DNA of 64,000 nt from Phage NC-B. Below the pieces are notes generated by a model. It searched no databases and was not told the DNA's origin. It saw only the letters and a list, made by a program, of their open reading frames with translations. Positions within the stretch are counted from its first letter, which is position 1, and each line of letters begins with the position of its first letter. The stretch lies in sequence record MK310183, one strand, 5' to 3'. The position numbers and the translations under genes were made by a program. Positions 19,570-28,918 of this stretch are shown here, one piece after another.

Positions 19570-20391
19570 TTATTCCCAAGTTTTATCTAACCATGACCAA
19601 TCAAAGAGGTCACCTTCAGCTTGTCCAACGAAGAGCAATCGAGCGTTTTCTAACATCTTATCTTCTGCTTCTTCCTCGAACCTCTTATAGTATTCCATTC
19701 GTATAATATGATAAAGAGTCCACTTATCGAATACCTTCTCAATAAGTTTGATTGCAGCCTTGCTACCAATGCCTTTACGACGCATTACTAGATTGCCACC
19801 CCATATCATTTCAACCTTCTCACCACATCCGGGAATGTTATCTGTGCTATCCCCGATCAGCATCTGGTAGAAGAAGTTCTGCCATGCTACTTCCTCTGGT
19901 ACATAGTGAGGAGGTACTTCTTTCTGTCTCTCCCCGCAAGCCCAACGGTAATGCCATCCGGGGGTGATTAACAAATCTTTATCACGGGTGCAAATGATAG
20001 TGTTCTTATCACGTCTCTGTCTTTCAGCTAAGGCATCATCTGCCTCTCTCCCAAAAACTTCAACGAATTCATAATTCTCTTTAATGTAATCGCTGACATT
20101 TTGCCAGTGGTGAGGTCTTTCTCCCGGTGGTCGATTAGCTTTATAACCTTGCTGCTTAGCAATATCAAACCGAAAATTACCACCTTCGCTGAAGTAAAAG
20201 ATTGTTTTCTCGCAACCAGACCTTGCAATGATTACATCTATTTTATGTTGAAGTCGTTCAATCAAGAATCCATAATCAACTGGAACACGACCTGTGTCTA
20301 GAAAAGGATGCTCTTGTGTAAGAGCACCGACTTCATATCGCAGAACATCTGCATCTACAATTGCTACTTCCGGATAGATTACATCAGACAT
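19570..20391 (-). CDS. 5'-3' exonuclease / flap endonuclease (FEN, T7 gp6 / T5 D15-like)
   Basis: ATG at 20391 with GGAGAGG RBS and ATGTCTGA overlap with upstream stop; motifs GYKANR, DDALA, IPGCGEK. Confidence 0.6.
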   Translation of the reverse strand: MSDVIYPEVAIVDADVLRYEVGALTQEHPFLDTGRVPVDYGFLIERLQHKIDVIIARSGCEKTIFYFSEGGNFRFDIAKQQGYKANRPPGERPHHWQNVSDYIKENYEFVEVFGREADDALAERQRRDKNTIICTRDKDLLITPGWHYRWACGERQKEVPPHYVPEEVAWQNFFYQMLIGDSTDNIPGCGEKVEMIWGGNLVMRRKGIGSKAAIKLIEKVFDKWTLYHIIRMEYYKRFEEEAEDKMLENARLLFVGQAEGDLFDWSWLDKTWE

Positions 20392-20980
20392 AGAGACCTC
20401 TCCGTGTCCCTTCAATAATCCACTCCAAATCCTCCACTGCCTCTTCTACAGAACGGTCGTTAAAGAGGAGATAGGTTGGTAGATTTGTTCCTTCAATATA
20501 AGAACGAGAGTCCCCTTCAAAGGAGCAGCCATCTCGGAGAATCTGAACTACTCGAACATGGAAGTGTTTCTCTAGTTCTTCAACTTCTGCTTTAAATCCA
20601 CCATCAGAGAAGACGATAACATCATTCTGTGATGGGATACGTTGTTGAATATTGCTAACAGCAAGTTTACCCATGCAGGTCTCACCAAACATGGGCTTCA
20701 GATAGTTCTCACTAGTTGCAATCATCAAGTCTCGAACTGACTTACCGTCCCATTCAGGACGGCTATGTTCTTTCCACTCACGATCGTTGTACAGCTCCAT
20801 GAACTCATAAAGAGGTAGACCTAATGCAGCAGCAGCCACTCGATACATAGGCTCCTTAAAAGCCTTTACATGCGGCCTAAACTCGGTGTTACCAAGTGTT
20901 TTCTCTAACCAAGAATTAGCGATTGTGTCTTTACCACAACCCGGTGGTCCATTCAGAATTACTACTAATGGTTTACTCAT
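20384..20980 (-). CDS. P-loop nucleotide kinase (dNMP kinase-like)
   Basis: Walker A GPPGCGKDT near N-terminus; 198 aa; TAATG coupling with upstream gene. Confidence 0.5.
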   Translation of the reverse strand: MSKPLVVILNGPPGCGKDTIANSWLEKTLGNTEFRPHVKAFKEPMYRVAAAALGLPLYEFMELYNDREWKEHSRPEWDGKSVRDLMIATSENYLKPMFGETCMGKLAVSNIQQRIPSQNDVIVFSDGGFKAEVEELEKHFHVRVVQILRDGCSFEGDSRSYIEGTNLPTYLLFNDRSVEEAVEDLEWIIEGTRRGLYV

Positions 20981-21630
20981 TATTGAATCATCCCTTGAAG
21001 ATCTTCTTTATCAAAGTGCTTCTCTACTACCGCTTCATACAGATCACGATTCTCTGAATAACGACGATAGAAGGTTCCGTGTGAAATTCCCAACTCTTGC
21101 TGGATGTGATCATGTGGGATGCCGAGAAAGAGCATTGAGAACATGCTTGCCATCTTACGGTTTTCCATAATGTCACTCAGGTCTTGGAAGAAGAAAAAGA
21201 TTCTAGATTCCAAGAACGGATCTCCAGTAGAATCATGCTTATCCATCGCAATCTCTAAAGGACTTTCCCATGAATTCATCTCAGGAGGTCTAAACATATC
21301 AGCCTCTGGAATAGAGTAGATACGTCGGTCTCCAACTGTCTGACGATTAGAACGAATCGACCAGATGATATTCTTGACACGATAAGTCATGTGCTCAATA
21401 TCTTTTTCATCAGTGAGCAGAAGTTCTTCTTGCTTTGCAAACACAAAACGCCAAGCGTTCAGTAATACTTCCTGAGCAACATCCTCTGCCTCGTGATAGT
21501 CTTTAATGTCATACATAAAATACTTATGCACAACTTTCCAGTTCTCTCGATAAAATTCATCGAAGGTTGGATAATATTTAATAGGTATGCCATGAATACG
21601 ATAGCGTGTGGGTGTTGTCTTTTTCTTCAT
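20980..21630 (-). CDS. Sigma-70 family (ECF-like) RNA polymerase sigma factor
   Basis: AAGGA RBS; region-2-like [12 protein letters not shown] and region-4-like [20 protein letters not shown]. Confidence 0.5.
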   Translation of the reverse strand: MKKKTTPTRYRIHGIPIKYYPTFDEFYRENWKVVHKYFMYDIKDYHEAEDVAQEVLLNAWRFVFAKQEELLLTDEKDIEHMTYRVKNIIWSIRSNRQTVGDRRIYSIPEADMFRPPEMNSWESPLEIAMDKHDSTGDPFLESRIFFFFQDLSDIMENRKMASMFSMLFLGIPHDHIQQELGISHGTFYRRYSENRDLYEAVVEKHFDKEDLQGMIQ

Positions 21631-21654
21631 AAGTCGTCCTTAACTTACTTTACA

Positions 21655-21879
21655 TTAAACTACACAGAATAAATACATTGCTGTATCAGGACAAGGGATG
21701 GCTGTCTGAATGCCACTTACTTTAATCCACATATCCTCTTCAGAGTCATAATAAGCCCAATAGGACTGATCTCCATCTACAAAGAATTTAAAGGTTCGTC
21801 CCCAAACCTGATTATTGTATTCCCATACTGCATGAAGCTGAGTAACACCTTCTGGTATTGTAAGTTCCGCTCTGATCAT
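21655..21879 (-). CDS. Hypothetical protein
   Basis: ATGA overlap with upstream stop; 74 aa. Confidence 0.4.
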   Translation of the reverse strand: MIRAELTIPEGVTQLHAVWEYNNQVWGRTFKFFVDGDQSYWAYYDSEEDMWIKVSGIQTAIPCPDTAMYLFCVV

Positions 21880-22136
21880 TGTATTCCTCTCTCCTTGAGA
21901 GCTTTAAGCAAACCGTTGTGGTTAGCGGCACAGGTTGTATAATTGTCCTGATACCACTCGAGTGTTGTTGCAAGTGCTACTCCCTGTCCACTCTGAAGTA
22001 AAGGGAGGTCTACATCACATTCAGCTTTTAGGTTTGTTGGTAAGGGCATTAGCTGCCTGCTGTTGTCGCTCGTTGAACAAGCTGACATACTCATCACTAG
22101 CACACACATTGTAAAAAACTGGCTTAGTCTTTTCAT
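21876..22136 (-). CDS. Outer-membrane spanin (Rz1-like lipoprotein)
   Basis: Signal peptide with MSAC lipobox, Pro-rich mature region; 5' end overlaps the i-spanin gene in another frame. Confidence 0.5.
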   Translation of the reverse strand: MKRLSQFFTMCVLVMSMSACSTSDNSRQLMPLPTNLKAECDVDLPLLQSGQGVALATTLEWYQDNYTTCAANHNGLLKALKERGIQ

Positions 22137-22368
22137 AATGCATCTCTTTGTAAATAGTTTCCGTGTTCTTCTTCCAGTTTGATAAACCAGTCAGAACTTT
22201 CTGAGCCACTTCATCAGCAGCCTTAGCTCTCTCAATCTCAATCTCTTGCTGTTTCTTCTCTTGGTCAAGAGCATTGCTGTCATTTCGATATTGCTCAAAC
22301 TTGACACCACCAAAGAAAATCAGAGCTGTGAAGATTAAAAAACCTATATTGTTTTGAAGCTTTTCCAT
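22021..22368 (-). CDS. Inner-membrane spanin (Rz-like)
   Basis: ATG at 22368 with GGAG RBS (track start is GTG inside the terminator); N-terminal TM helix then charged coiled coil. Confidence 0.5.
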   Translation of the reverse strand: MEKLQNNIGFLIFTALIFFGGVKFEQYRNDSNALDQEKKQQEIEIERAKAADEVAQKVLTGLSNWKKNTETIYKEMHYEKTKPVFYNVCASDEYVSLFNERQQQAANALTNKPKS

Positions 22369-22384
22369 TTTAACTCCAACGAAA

Positions 22385-22408
22385 AAAGCCACCCGAAGGT
22401 GGCTAAGC
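22385..22408 (-). terminator. Rho-independent terminator
   Basis: Minus-strand AGCCACC-TTCG-GGTGGCT hairpin followed by TTTTTT. Confidence 0.6.
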
Positions 22409-22426
22409 TATTACAAGGAGAGATTC

Positions 22427-23167
22427 TTAGAATGGAGAGTCATCCTCTTCAAAGGTTGATTGCGGCTCTTCATTAATGGTAGGGATGCTTGGAGTAGCAT
22501 CTTTCTGTTCAGTGTCAGAAGCTTTAGTAACTTCACGACCAGCCAGAGGGATATTCTTAGCATCGTTAGCTTGAGTCAAGAGGTTACGTTGGAATGGGAA
22601 GATTGCTTGATAAGCAGCTAAGTTAGCGTCAGTCTCAGCATACGGTTCGAAGAAGATCAACTCACTACGAGGAGCACCTACCGCGTCACGATATTTAGTC
22701 GGGATTGGAGTGATGCTTTTAATGGAGTTTTTCTTCTCACCAGCTTTGTTTACATAGGAATTAACCAGAATGTTAACAGGCTGACCTAACAGCATATCTT
22801 TAAACCAACCCAAATCACCTTTCAGTGCTTGAACACTTGGGTCGATCATTTTAATCAGATTTAGAATACCAGAGTTCTTAGCTCGTGGATTTACATCGAA
22901 AGATTTAAACTGGCAAGCAGGACGAGGGTCCAGAGGTTTGCCTTCATTATCAGTCCCTGTTGCATCTACGCCAATCAGCTCAAAAGCTAAGTCCATACGG
23001 AAAGCTGGATTCTTAGGAGTAACTGCTTTGGTTTTAGGGTCAATCCAAGGGTCACGATTGTGAACACCCAAACCTACAACACGAACAATACGTGCTTCGT
23101 ACTCACCATCAGGGATTACATTGTAGTTGGATTTACGGGATACAGACAGTTCAGGGATCATAGACAT
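22427..23167 (-). CDS. ssDNA-binding protein (T7 gp2.5-like)
   Basis: 246 aa; acidic C-terminal tail ending EEDDSPF as in SSB C-termini. Confidence 0.45.
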   Translation of the reverse strand: MSMIPELSVSRKSNYNVIPDGEYEARIVRVVGLGVHNRDPWIDPKTKAVTPKNPAFRMDLAFELIGVDATGTDNEGKPLDPRPACQFKSFDVNPRAKNSGILNLIKMIDPSVQALKGDLGWFKDMLLGQPVNILVNSYVNKAGEKKNSIKSITPIPTKYRDAVGAPRSELIFFEPYAETDANLAAYQAIFPFQRNLLTQANDAKNIPLAGREVTKASDTEQKDATPSIPTINEEPQSTFEEDDSPF

Positions 23168-23226
23168 ATTAATATTTCCTTATATAGATTTAAGATTGTT
23201 GCTCTCTTTGAGCGGTTTGTATACTA

Positions 23227-23235
23227 TATACATTA
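23227..23235 (-). promoter_or_regulatory. Candidate phage-sigma promoter element TAATGTATA
   Basis: Minus-strand motif ~60 nt upstream of SSB start. Confidence 0.35.
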
Positions 23236-23297
23236 CACTTATACAGATAAGGTTCTATTATACTATAACCTTTTTGGTAGTAGATAATGACAAGTAG

Positions 23298-23306
23298 TAA
23301 TGTATA
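23298..23306 (+). promoter_or_regulatory. TAATGTATA motif on + strand with no + strand gene downstream
   Basis: Exact motif, divergent from the minus copy 70 bp away. Confidence 0.25.
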
Positions 23307-23500
23307 TATGGTATAGCTAGTAAAGCTATTGCAGGCTTGTATATTGGGCAATCATTGTAACCCTTGCAAGTACCGAAGGGCAGGAGACACCTGCGAGATA
23401 AAAATAGAGAATTAAGGAAATCCTTGATTTAGGTTGAGGACTCCTAGGACTTTGATTCTCTATTAAAATCAAAAGAAAACTTAACTTAAAACAATAACTT

Positions 23501-24121
23501 CTACCATTCTAAAAGACCTTTAAAACTAGTTTGTTCTACTGTTCTCTGATAAGGTAAGTTAGATTCTGCTTGTTTGCTTAACATCTCTTGTACTTTATCA
23601 GTAATTGGATAATCTTTTTGTAATAAAGAAGCTATCCACTCTTTCCTACTTTCCAGTTCTTTTCTAATCTCTTGCAGAGACACAGCTTTGTAATCAATTT
23701 GTTCCATAGAGGTACAAAAATATCTCCAATCTTTGATAGTAGAGTTATGAGTATGAGCATAGATATTATACTTTCCTCTCATTTCATCAGAGTGAATAGG
23801 AATATGAGTTACCCAAAATTCTTTGTATTTATAATCACCACTGATGTGTCTAAAGACTTTCATCATATCAGGGAGAAGTTCTAATCTGTCATGATTTCCT
23901 AAGACAAGATGTTTCTCTCCCTTTACTTCAGCGATAATATCAAGTGCATATTTCTCAAACACCCAATCACCTGTAAAGAAAGTTTTATCACGTTTAGTAA
24001 CATGGTCGAACGCTGCTAAGATAGCTTTGTCATGTTCTTCAATACTACTAAACTTCTTTCTAAAATTACAGATGTTACGATGGCCTAGGTGACCATCACC
24101 TGCAAAATAAACTTCAGCCAT
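23501..24121 (-). CDS. Metallophosphoesterase (calcineurin-like phosphatase)
   Basis: ATG at 24121 coupled by ATGGCTGA overlap; motifs GDGHLGH, GDWVF, GNHD. Confidence 0.55.
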   Translation of the reverse strand: MAEVYFAGDGHLGHRNICNFRKKFSSIEEHDKAILAAFDHVTKRDKTFFTGDWVFEKYALDIIAEVKGEKHLVLGNHDRLELLPDMMKVFRHISGDYKYKEFWVTHIPIHSDEMRGKYNIYAHTHNSTIKDWRYFCTSMEQIDYKAVSLQEIRKELESRKEWIASLLQKDYPITDKVQEMLSKQAESNLPYQRTVEQTSFKGLLEW

Positions 24122-24281
24122 TCTCGTATGTGTCCTCATAATATGAGTAGTTGAAGGATTCAGCTTTCGTTTCAGCCTCCTCCATATCGTCTGTTTCCAG
24201 AATCACTTTCCAGCCAGAACCTTCAGGATACTCAGCCCCTTCGTCTAGCCAGACTTTATACCGTTTAGATAGTGCAACCAT
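24114..24281 (-). CDS. Hypothetical small acidic protein (paralog of 24849-25028)
   Basis: Shares motif K.Y.VW..E......GW.VIL.TD..EEAE with 24849-25028. Confidence 0.35.
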   Translation of the reverse strand: MVALSKRYKVWLDEGAEYPEGSGWKVILETDDMEEAETKAESFNYSYYEDTYENG

Positions 24282-24468
24282 CGCAGATATAATCTCCACT
24301 CAAGGATTCTTGTAAGAGACGAGATTGCTCATCGGCATACAAAGCATCAATTTCTTCCTTGAGCTTTGCAAGCTCTACAAAGTTGATAAGTTGCCCATAA
24401 TCTGTCGCATCTGTGATAAATTGAAACAAACCTGTCGCATCATTTTTAATAATATATTCATTAGACAT
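24265..24468 (-). CDS. Hypothetical protein
   Basis: ATG start; 67 aa. Confidence 0.35.
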   Translation of the reverse strand: MSNEYIIKNDATGLFQFITDATDYGQLINFVELAKLKEEIDALYADEQSRLLQESLSGDYICDGCTI

Positions 24469-24692
24469 TATAGCAACTCCCTTTGTTTACTGTTGATAAC
24501 AGTCATCGCTGTTACTGGGTTGTTTGTTCCAAGATATTCTAGAACAGAGACACCCTTAGTCGGTTTATCAGCCTCTATGTAATTCTTAACCTTGCCACCA
24601 AGAACCGCTAGAGAAGCCTGAGCTTCTGCTTCATCAGTATGAACTCGGTCAACTGTTTTCTTTCCAATCGTGTAAGTGTGAACGTAAATCAT
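24468..24692 (-). CDS. Hypothetical protein
   Basis: ATG start; TAATG coupling; 74 aa. Confidence 0.4.
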   Translation of the reverse strand: MIYVHTYTIGKKTVDRVHTDEAEAQASLAVLGGKVKNYIEADKPTKGVSVLEYLGTNNPVTAMTVINSKQRELL

Positions 24693-24874
24693 TTAACTTC
24701 CTCAATATCGACTAATTCAAAACTTCCTATTTCTTCAAGTTTGATAATCTCTTTAACCTTCTCAACAGCTTTAATAGGGTTTTCTTCTTCTACAACTTTA
24801 CACCCTGACACTTCAAGACTTCCTGTTCCACGAAGGTATAAATTTAACTTATAAACTACTTTGTAGTATTTCAT
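24689..24874 (-). CDS. Hypothetical protein
   Basis: ATG at 24874 with GGGAG RBS (track start 24895 lacks RBS). Confidence 0.35.
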   Translation of the reverse strand: MKYYKVVYKLNLYLRGTGSLEVSGCKVVEEENPIKAVEKVKEIIKLEEIGSFELVDIEEVK

Positions 24875-25028
24875 CGTGCTCCCAATTTCTTTCATAATAT
24901 CCAGAGTTGTAGTTTAGGGCGCATTTCTCGGCCTCTTCTATGTTGTCTGTGTTTAGGATATTAACCCAACCACCAACTTCATCAAAACCCTCTTCTTCTT
25001 CATTAAACCATACGCTGTATTTCTTCAT
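24849..25028 (-). CDS. Hypothetical small acidic protein (paralog of 24114-24281)
   Basis: ATG at 25028; track start is TTG at 25049. Confidence 0.35.
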   Translation of the reverse strand: MKKYSVWFNEEEEGFDEVGGWVNILNTDNIEEAEKCALNYNSGYYERNWEHDEILQSSL

Positions 25029-25200
25029 CTTGATAAGACTCTCCCCCAATCCTTGATGTAACAGCGACCGTCAACCCACTTGGTCTCTGATTTAAACTCT
25101 TTTGAGATTCGAGTCTCGCAATCTTCTTTACTGTAATCTCCAAGAGCATCCATCGCCCAAAGAAACAGAGCAATTACAATAGACCAGATTAGAAACTTCT

Positions 25201-25593
25201 TCATCGTATCACCAGAGGCTCTTCAGAGTATACAGGAGAGGCTATTTCTACCGGAGGTGCTGCTCTAAGGTCATTAAGCCTTACGCCCTTCAGCATACCA
25301 TCTAGGTGGTCCATTTTAGGGATACCTACAGGGAAGTCATCAATCCAAACATCCACAAAGAAACCCAAGCTCTGGGTGACGGAATCCTTCTGAACACCGT
25401 TGCAAAAGATAACAGGAATATCTAGACTTGCTGCATCTGCTAGAAGCTCCTCATTTGAATACCCATTGGGTTGAGCAAAACGATAGGTGACAATACGTAC
25501 ATCATGTCCACGAGATTTCATAAGACCTACAATGTGGGTCCACATCTCTTTGTCCACTGTAAAAGTATCATCATAATCTAAACCAATATTCAT
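25201..25593 (-). CDS. HAD-superfamily phosphatase/nucleotidase-like protein
   Basis: AAGAGG RBS; N-terminal GLDYDDT (DxDxT-like) and later VWIDDF motifs. Confidence 0.4.
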   Translation of the reverse strand: MNIGLDYDDTFTVDKEMWTHIVGLMKSRGHDVRIVTYRFAQPNGYSNEELLADAASLDIPVIFCNGVQKDSVTQSLGFFVDVWIDDFPVGIPKMDHLDGMLKGVRLNDLRAAPPVEIASPVYSEEPLVIR

Positions 25594-25609
25594 ATTAGCC
25601 TCTTAGACA

Positions 25610-25632
25610 AGAAAAGCCACCCGAAGGTAGCT
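25610..25632 (-). terminator. Rho-independent terminator/attenuator
   Basis: Minus-strand AAGCTACC-TTCG-GGTGGCTT hairpin followed by T-rich tract. Confidence 0.5.
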
Positions 25633-25877
25633 TATTTATTCTGTGTTTCCAGTTCGCTGATACGAACTTTCAAACCGTTAATCTCAGCCTGAGCAGCTTC
25701 TAGTTTAATTAGAGCTTCTTCAGCGTCAGCTTCTGTTTGAAGAACCGCAGTGGTTAGTTCGTATAAAGCTTGGCGGAGAGAGTCTTTGCCCATAGCATGA
25801 ATCTGTGCAACAAAGAATTGCTTACCTTCCGTGGTTTCCAAAGTCTCTTTTAATTCTTTAGATGTTAAAGTCATCAT
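25632..25877 (-). CDS. Hypothetical coiled-coil protein
   Basis: AAAGGGAG RBS; 81 aa, helical heptad-like sequence. Confidence 0.45.
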   Translation of the reverse strand: MMTLTSKELKETLETTEGKQFFVAQIHAMGKDSLRQALYELTTAVLQTEADAEEALIKLEAAQAEINGLKVRISELETQNK

Positions 25878-26044
25878 TACTCCCTTTCATAAATTTTAAG
25901 AACTGTACCGCCATCTGCTTCAATCTGAGCAACTACTTCATCGCGCTCTTCATCAGAATAAACCAGTTGGTTGTGAAATTTGCCTGTACTATCTTGGAAA
26001 TATACATTCCATTTTGGAGCAGGTTTACGAATCAAATCCATCAT
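25877..26044 (-). CDS. Small ORF (55 aa) absent from the ORF track
   Basis: GAGGAG RBS; stop overlaps downstream start (TAATG). Confidence 0.3.
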   Translation of the reverse strand: MMDLIRKPAPKWNVYFQDSTGKFHNQLVYSDEERDEVVAQIEADGGTVLKIYERE

Positions 26045-26232
26045 TGATCTTTCTCCTCTCGTTCAACCCATGTACGGAAAAGCTCCCCATACACTTTGGC
26101 ATCATCAAAACGTCCTTCTTCCTGTGCGAGTTTTTGTTGCTTCAAGCACCATTCAGAACTTTTTACTTCTTCCACTTCCTTGTCTCCTTAAAAAGAACTA
26201 ATCAATAAGACTAGTTCATTTCGTAATACGAT

Positions 26233-26424
26233 TCAGCTCTTCCACGGGAGGTTGATGGTTAAATTCTTAATGGAGAAATCTTTATCAGGAAACTCTTCCA
26301 TTAACTCAGCCGCTTCTTGAATAGCTTTTCTTTCTGTGTTATAGATGCAGAAATGTCCATTACAGCAAACAATTGCATCTTTTGCTCCCGTAATGGCCCA
26401 TGTTTCATGTACATGTCTAGTCAC
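26233..26424 (-). CDS. Hypothetical Cys-containing small protein
   Basis: GTG start 4 nt after GGAGGA RBS; 63 aa. Confidence 0.35.
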   Translation of the reverse strand: MTRHVHETWAITGAKDAIVCCNGHFCIYNTERKAIQEAAELMEEFPDKDFSIKNLTINLPWKS

Positions 26425-26441
26425 TATTCCTCCACTACAAA

Positions 26442-28286
26442 TTAGTGAGTGTGATTCCAGTTTAACCCAATCTTACAGTCAGATGCCAGAGGGCATTCCA
26501 TTTTGAGATACTCACCTGCTTTACGAACACACTCTTCAGTGAGGGTACGAAGTTTGTTAACATCGTCACGATGTACAGTGAACTGGCCTTCATCATGCAT
26601 GTCAATAACCTTCGCACAACGAACACCATCACGCTCAATCCATTTATTAAGGAATAGCATTGCATACTTCATAACAATCGCCCCAGCGCTCTGTAAGAGA
26701 GTATTTAAGGCTTTATGAACCATAACCTTTCCAGTTGCATCTCTTCTCATTGTAATACGACGTCCATCCACACCGTAGATGTATCCACTTTGTGCTTTCT
26801 CTGTCATACGTTCAATAAGAATTGCAATACAAGGATTCTCTGCTAAGAATCTTGCCCTCATGACAGCTCCTTCATCAGAGCCACCGCCTACGATGCTTCC
26901 TAACTTAGCGTCACCAGCTCCGTAGTTGAATGCGTAGATAAATGTTTTAGCATTATCACGAGTAGGAAGGCCAGCAAGTTTTTGGTTATGTGAGTGAATA
27001 TCTCCTTCTAAAAGAATATCTCTGTACATAACAGCAGAAGCTAGACCGCGTTCAGCTTCTCGTTTCTTAGCCGGGTTGTTTTCTCGCTCTGCTTCAGCGA
27101 GCATCTCACGACATTCTTTAATAAGGTAGTGAGCTAGCATCCTCAGCTCAAGACCAGAGCCATCGTAACCTAAGAAGATTTCACGACCAGCAGGAACATA
27201 GAACTTATAGGCACCTACAGGTTTGTCTTTCTTGCCCGGTTTTCCCACTTCGTAGATAATGTTAGTACCCTTTCGTACGTAACACCCATCAGGGATATGG
27301 TTGGTAATGATGAAAGGATGGTTATGACTATCGTCTGAGGAATAGTCAGATTGAAAAAGACTGCGGCACTCGTGACCAAACAAACCGCGAGAAGGAATAT
27401 TAACAACAATGCGATGTTTAAAACGAAATGTCGGAGTAGCGCAGCTATTAGCTTCGGCGGACAACTTACCATCTTTACGTTCCTTGTCGATAAGCCCGCT
27501 AATCAAACCTAGCCTGTGAGCCGCTACAACGCGTCTCTTAAGCAAACTTCCTACACCCCCTAGCTCACCCCCAAGCCCTTCTTCAAGAGTCTCCTCAAGG
27601 TTTGTAGGGGCTGTAGGCCACTTGTTTGATGTAGCCAAAGCTTTTTTGATTTCATCAAAGGTTACAGGCTTCTTCCTATTAGGGTTAAGACCTAAACCGC
27701 TGACATAAGCTTTCATATAATTGACAGTGTGATAACGGAAGTGCTTATCCAAAAACCTTCGGATATCAGCATCTATCATCTCTGCTGTCTGTTTCTCTTT
27801 AGCGTTACCTCGAATCCAAGCAGAATACCATGCAGAGTATGTACCATACTTCTTCATAGCTTTACGAATTTCAAAAGTATTCCAAGGTTTCTTAGAATAA
27901 TTCCACTCTGGAGGTATAAAACCTTCATCCATCAAGGCTTCTTTAATACGTGCATCTTTTGATGGGTCAAAATCTACATACTCAACGCAAGTAAACGCCC
28001 CACCGATATCTTCTCTTTTAAGACCAACCCTATCGCAATAGAGCTGAGGCCACTTCTGTAAAGCACCTGACTTCTTAAAAGGCTTAGCATAAGTTGAACC
28101 ATCCACCCGCATTTTAGGGAGGAGAGGAATCAGTTCTTTATCAATATTGACAATAATCTCTTTGAGAAGGTGAACAAACCACCGAGCGTTTCTTCTGTTG
28201 AAGTTGACTCCATGCTTCGCTTGTTTTGAGATTATATCAGCGACTGTCATCTCCGTTATGAAAGGTAACTTATCAGGGTTATCCAT
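26442..28286 (-). CDS. DNA polymerase, family A (T7 gp5-like polymerase domain, no exonuclease domain)
   Basis: ATG at 28286 with AAGGAG RBS; motif A GYDGSGLELRMLAHY, motif B PTRDNAKTFIYAFNYGAG, motif C VIDMHDE. Confidence 0.8.
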   Translation of the reverse strand: MDNPDKLPFITEMTVADIISKQAKHGVNFNRRNARWFVHLLKEIIVNIDKELIPLLPKMRVDGSTYAKPFKKSGALQKWPQLYCDRVGLKREDIGGAFTCVEYVDFDPSKDARIKEALMDEGFIPPEWNYSKKPWNTFEIRKAMKKYGTYSAWYSAWIRGNAKEKQTAEMIDADIRRFLDKHFRYHTVNYMKAYVSGLGLNPNRKKPVTFDEIKKALATSNKWPTAPTNLEETLEEGLGGELGGVGSLLKRRVVAAHRLGLISGLIDKERKDGKLSAEANSCATPTFRFKHRIVVNIPSRGLFGHECRSLFQSDYSSDDSHNHPFIITNHIPDGCYVRKGTNIIYEVGKPGKKDKPVGAYKFYVPAGREIFLGYDGSGLELRMLAHYLIKECREMLAEAERENNPAKKREAERGLASAVMYRDILLEGDIHSHNQKLAGLPTRDNAKTFIYAFNYGAGDAKLGSIVGGGSDEGAVMRARFLAENPCIAILIERMTEKAQSGYIYGVDGRRITMRRDATGKVMVHKALNTLLQSAGAIVMKYAMLFLNKWIERDGVRCAKVIDMHDEGQFTVHRDDVNKLRTLTEECVRKAGEYLKMECPLASDCKIGLNWNHTH

Positions 28287-28302
28287 CACCCACTCCTTAT
28301 AG

Positions 28303-28656
28303 TTATTGGTATATTAAATCTGTGAATGCTTGGTTGTCTTCAACAATATCTAAAGCTTCATATGAATCAGCCAATTCATCCACATAAAAGACTGCTGGAA
28401 TATCTTCTGCTCGTTGTCTACGAGCTTCTCTCTGTTCGTTGCTGTTTCTCTGAACCTGTGCAAGTTTCATACCCCACACCTGCTCATATAACTCTGGATA
28501 CTTGTCACTAACCACTACATAGTTTCGAGCTGATTGGTTTCTATTAATCTTCGCTGTCAACTCAATAAACTGGCGAAACTCTTGAATAGAGAGGTTGTCA
28601 TGAATATTATCCCACTTGAGAACGCAGTGACGTTCTAGGCGTTGAGGTACTGGCAT
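28303..28656 (-). CDS. Hypothetical protein
   Basis: GGAG RBS, ATG; 117 aa. Confidence 0.45.
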   Translation of the reverse strand: MPVPQRLERHCVLKWDNIHDNLSIQEFRQFIELTAKINRNQSARNYVVVSDKYPELYEQVWGMKLAQVQRNSNEQREARRQRAEDIPAVFYVDELADSYEALDIVEDNQAFTDLIYQ

Positions 28657-28659
28657 AAC

Positions 28660-28917
28660 TTACTCCACTGTAGGGAATGGTTTTAGGTTGTTCATGGCTG
28701 TACGAACATCAGCACAGATTTCAGGGTCACGATAAGAGAGGAATTTACCATCCTTACCACGAATCATTACATTAGTCCGTGCTGTTTTATTAGGCAATAA
28801 AGAAATCCCTTCAATAAGATGGTTGGTAGGGTGTTGTCCTTGATTAACCTTGTAGTCATGAGTCTGAGCGTCACCATTAAAGAGATGATCACGAATTTGG
28901 ATTAAGCTAATCTTCAT
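28660..28917 (-). CDS. Hypothetical protein (tandem paralog)
   Basis: ATG at 28917 coupled (TAATATG); shares KTARTNV.IRG.DGKF.S.RD....LKPFP with the next gene. Confidence 0.4.
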   Translation of the reverse strand: MKISLIQIRDHLFNGDAQTHDYKVNQGQHPTNHLIEGISLLPNKTARTNVMIRGKDGKFLSYRDPEICADVRTAMNNLKPFPTVE

Positions 28918-28918
28918 A

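Noticed and set aside
26442-28286. Intein or homing endonuclease splitting the DNA polymerase
   Set aside because: No intein splice motifs or LAGLIDADG/HNH insertion at the exonuclease-polymerase boundary; the two parts are separate genes 8 kb apart.
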